A DNA stretch of 62,524 nt, filler included, from an uncultured bacterium (GTDB taxonomy: Bacteria > Latescibacterota > UBA2968): the NCBI GenBank assembly GCA_964471275.1. It is 19 parts of 19 records of this genome, joined end to end, with 100 filler letters (N's around TTAATTAATTAA, not from the genome) between each part and the next. Parts side by side here need not be neighbours in the genome. Positions count along the whole stretch, not along the records: positions 59,590 to 62,524 come from CAYYGZ010000357.1; 18 more parts are not named here. One strand, given 5' to 3'. Of the stretch, positions 60,627-62,524 are shown one piece after another; positions within the stretch are counted from its first letter, which is position 1; each line of letters opens with the position of its first letter. Both the position numbers and the translations under genes were made by a program. A model generated the notes under the pieces. The model ran no database searches. It was not told the DNA's origin and saw only the letters and a list, made by a program, of their open reading frames with translations.

Positions 60627-61916
60627 TCAGAGACCGACGTTGATCCCGCCGAAACGGTGAGACTTGATGATGAGTGTACCGGTACCAAGCCCAAGACTGA
60701 TGTCGATGCGGTTGAAGAGCAACAAGCCGATCCCGGCCGTGGCGCCCTGGTCTGCTCTTGACCCGGTGACAAAATCACGCCGAACAGCGGCACCCTCCAC
60801 AAAGCCATAGACGCGTCCGAGTCTGTGGAACAAGATGGAGTATAGCGCCTCTATGGACACGAACTCCTCTCCACCTTCCGGACCGATCTCCCGTCGTTCG
60901 AACCCTCTTAGCTGGTTCTCGCCGTCGAGAAAGAATCGTTCGTAGAAGGGCTCAGACCCGATGATCACACCGGCACGGGCACCCAATGACAGGATCTGAT
61001 TCCCGCGCGTGGCGATGTGATGGTAGAGCTGTCCGTCCAGTTGGAGGAAGGTATCTTTGGAGCCCAGGTATTTCGCCGTGAGATTTGCACGGAGTTTGTA
61101 GTCGGTGCCTGCCGAGCTTCCCCACGGATCCGGCGACGGTTTGCTGTGGAGGTCCAGACCTACGTAGGCCAAACGCTCACGCCCAACGGTCAACCCAACT
61201 TCATCGGCGAATTCGCCCCGGTCGGTGACGATCGATGGACGCGTGTAGTCGCCGACCTTTACCTCTTCGAACCCATACCGAAAGAGAAGTCGGTTCTTCT
61301 GTCCGATCTGGGTCCCCAGGGCAATCGTTCCCCCGATCCGTTCCAGATCATATTGCCCGCGAGCGCCCGATTGCTTGGCTCTGAACAGGTCGCGATCCGC
61401 GGATGACCCTCGCACCCCAATGCTGAAGAGCAGGTTGCCGCCTGTGAACCAGGGGTCCGCATAGTCGAATCTCCACTGCTTGAAGCGTTCGCCGGCGCCC
61501 CAAGCTGCCCCGACAATTTTCCCCTCACCCCGCAGGTTGACGTGGTATGCGTCAGCCGAAACACCAAACCCATCGAGTTCCGTGTACTCGCCGCTGACGC
61601 CCAGATCCCCGAATCGCTTCTCCTCGACATACACGACAACGACAGCATTTCCTTCTACCGTGCCTGGTTTTGAGGCGAGATGAACTGTTGTGAAGAGCCG
61701 TGTTTCGTGCAACGCCAGCTTGCTGGCGTCGATTTGCTGAGAGGACAACTTTTCGCCAGTCCTGAAGGTGAGCGCTCTGAGAATGATGTCCGATTTGGTC
61801 TTGAGGTTCCCGCGGACTTCGATGCGTTCGATGGCAAAGCCATCTCCCGCGAGTGCTTGCACACCTGGGACAAAGTGGTTAAGGAAGAGGAGCGTGAGGA
61901 TCAGGATTCTGGGCAT
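60627..61916 (-). CDS. Omp85/BamA-TamA family outer-membrane protein with a single POTRA domain
   Basis: Signal peptide; IERIEVRGNLKTK..IILR...LF..V...V.VEEK POTRA; NLRGEG, YADPW, PFYERFFLDG..LRGF. Confidence 0.88.
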   Translation of the reverse strand: MPRILILTLLFLNHFVPGVQALAGDGFAIERIEVRGNLKTKSDIILRALTFRTGEKLSSQQIDASKLALHETRLFTTVHLASKPGTVEGNAVVVVYVEEKRFGDLGVSGEYTELDGFGVSADAYHVNLRGEGKIVGAAWGAGERFKQWRFDYADPWFTGGNLLFSIGVRGSSADRDLFRAKQSGARGQYDLERIGGTIALGTQIGQKNRLLFRYGFEEVKVGDYTRPSIVTDRGEFADEVGLTVGRERLAYVGLDLHSKPSPDPWGSSAGTDYKLRANLTAKYLGSKDTFLQLDGQLYHHIATRGNQILSLGARAGVIIGSEPFYERFFLDGENQLRGFERREIGPEGGEEFVSIEALYSILFHRLGRVYGFVEGAAVRRDFVTGSRADQGATAGIGLLLFNRIDISLGLGTGTLIIKSHRFGGINVGL

Positions 61917-62156
61917 ACCTTGACCGGTGTGAGAATTGGAGGGATAGCGTTCGGATGAGAAACGCAATTCGCGTACCCCGTGAACAGATATGGATAACGC
62001 ACGGAACCCACACTAAACCACGCATCTACAGCGCGTTACGGTGGTGTAACCCCGATCCGGTTGCTTGGGTATGTGTGGAAAAATACCACAGGTGTGGCAA
62101 GATAACAACGCGGAGAGAAGAGTCGGTACGACCCGCTCACGCTTCTGTAAACCGGA

Positions 62157-62524
62157 TTACAGCGAGAGTTTTTCGGTGAGGGTTTGGCGAGAGGCTTGCA
62201 GGATCTCGAGAACGGGACGATCCGGGGGCGTGCCGGATGGCAGATTCAGTTCGACAATCAGGTCTCCCTCGAAATTGATTTCCTTAAACGTTGTATTCAG
62301 CGATTCGAAAGGAAGGGCTCCCTCACCGAGAGCGACCGTCCGGCTGCCATTCGCATCGTAGTCCCTGAGGTGGACGGACGCGACCCGCGTGTCGCGCTCG
62401 TTGATGAATGAGATCGGGTCGATGTCGGCCGTGTGGAGTGCGTGGAGGTCAGGGCTGAGGAGGAGAATGTCCTCCTCCAGCTCGTCCGTCATCGCCATCG
62501 CCCTCGCAGAGCCTGAAGGCTTAC
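62157..62524 (-). CDS. Sugar phosphate isomerase/epimerase (AP endonuclease 2 TIM barrel), C-terminal part
   Basis: PDLHAL, VHLRD, LGEG.LPF, F.G.LIVE. Confidence 0.75.
   Translation of the reverse strand, partial: KPSGSARAMAMTDELEEDILLLSPDLHALHTADIDPISFINERDTRVASVHLRDYDANGSRTVALGEGALPFESLNTTFKEINFEGDLIVELNLPSGTPPDRPVLEILQASRQTLTEKLSL

Overview
This window is not continuous chromosome. It consists of 19 short contigs (about 2.9-3.5 kb, in descending size order) joined by artificial 100-nt spacers (N-run + TTAATTAATTAA + N-run), i.e. the small-contig tail of a draft bacterial genome bin, so adjacency across spacers is meaningless. Most contigs carry GC-rich catabolic or housekeeping genes of a diderm heterotroph: a sulfatase, enolase-superfamily dehydratases, PLP enzymes, BNR/beta-propeller proteins, argJ, kbl, phnX, a pdxA-like gene, flgK/flgL, a TonB-dependent receptor and an Omp85 protein. 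The content resembles Latescibacterota/Poribacteria-type genomes, but that is inference only. I found no rRNA, tRNA or CRISPR array. Most notable: (1) a more AT-rich contig (53465-56447) with a tightly coupled operon of Pro-rich protein, Cys-rich zinc-finger membrane protein, HerA/VirB4-like ATPase and wHTH/PD-(D/E)xK-type nuclease, a candidate uncharacterised mobile-element or defence module; (2) a QueF-like protein whose catalytic Cys and Asp are replaced by Tyr and Cys; (3) a 783-aa protein with an HPD J-domain embedded in a beta-propeller-like region; (4) a four-helix-bundle gene flanked by complementary heptamer repeats, plus a recurring family of heptamer/octamer intergenic repeats; (5) two IS3-family right ends, a decayed higBA and many other gene remnants; (6) two apparent chimeric junctions.
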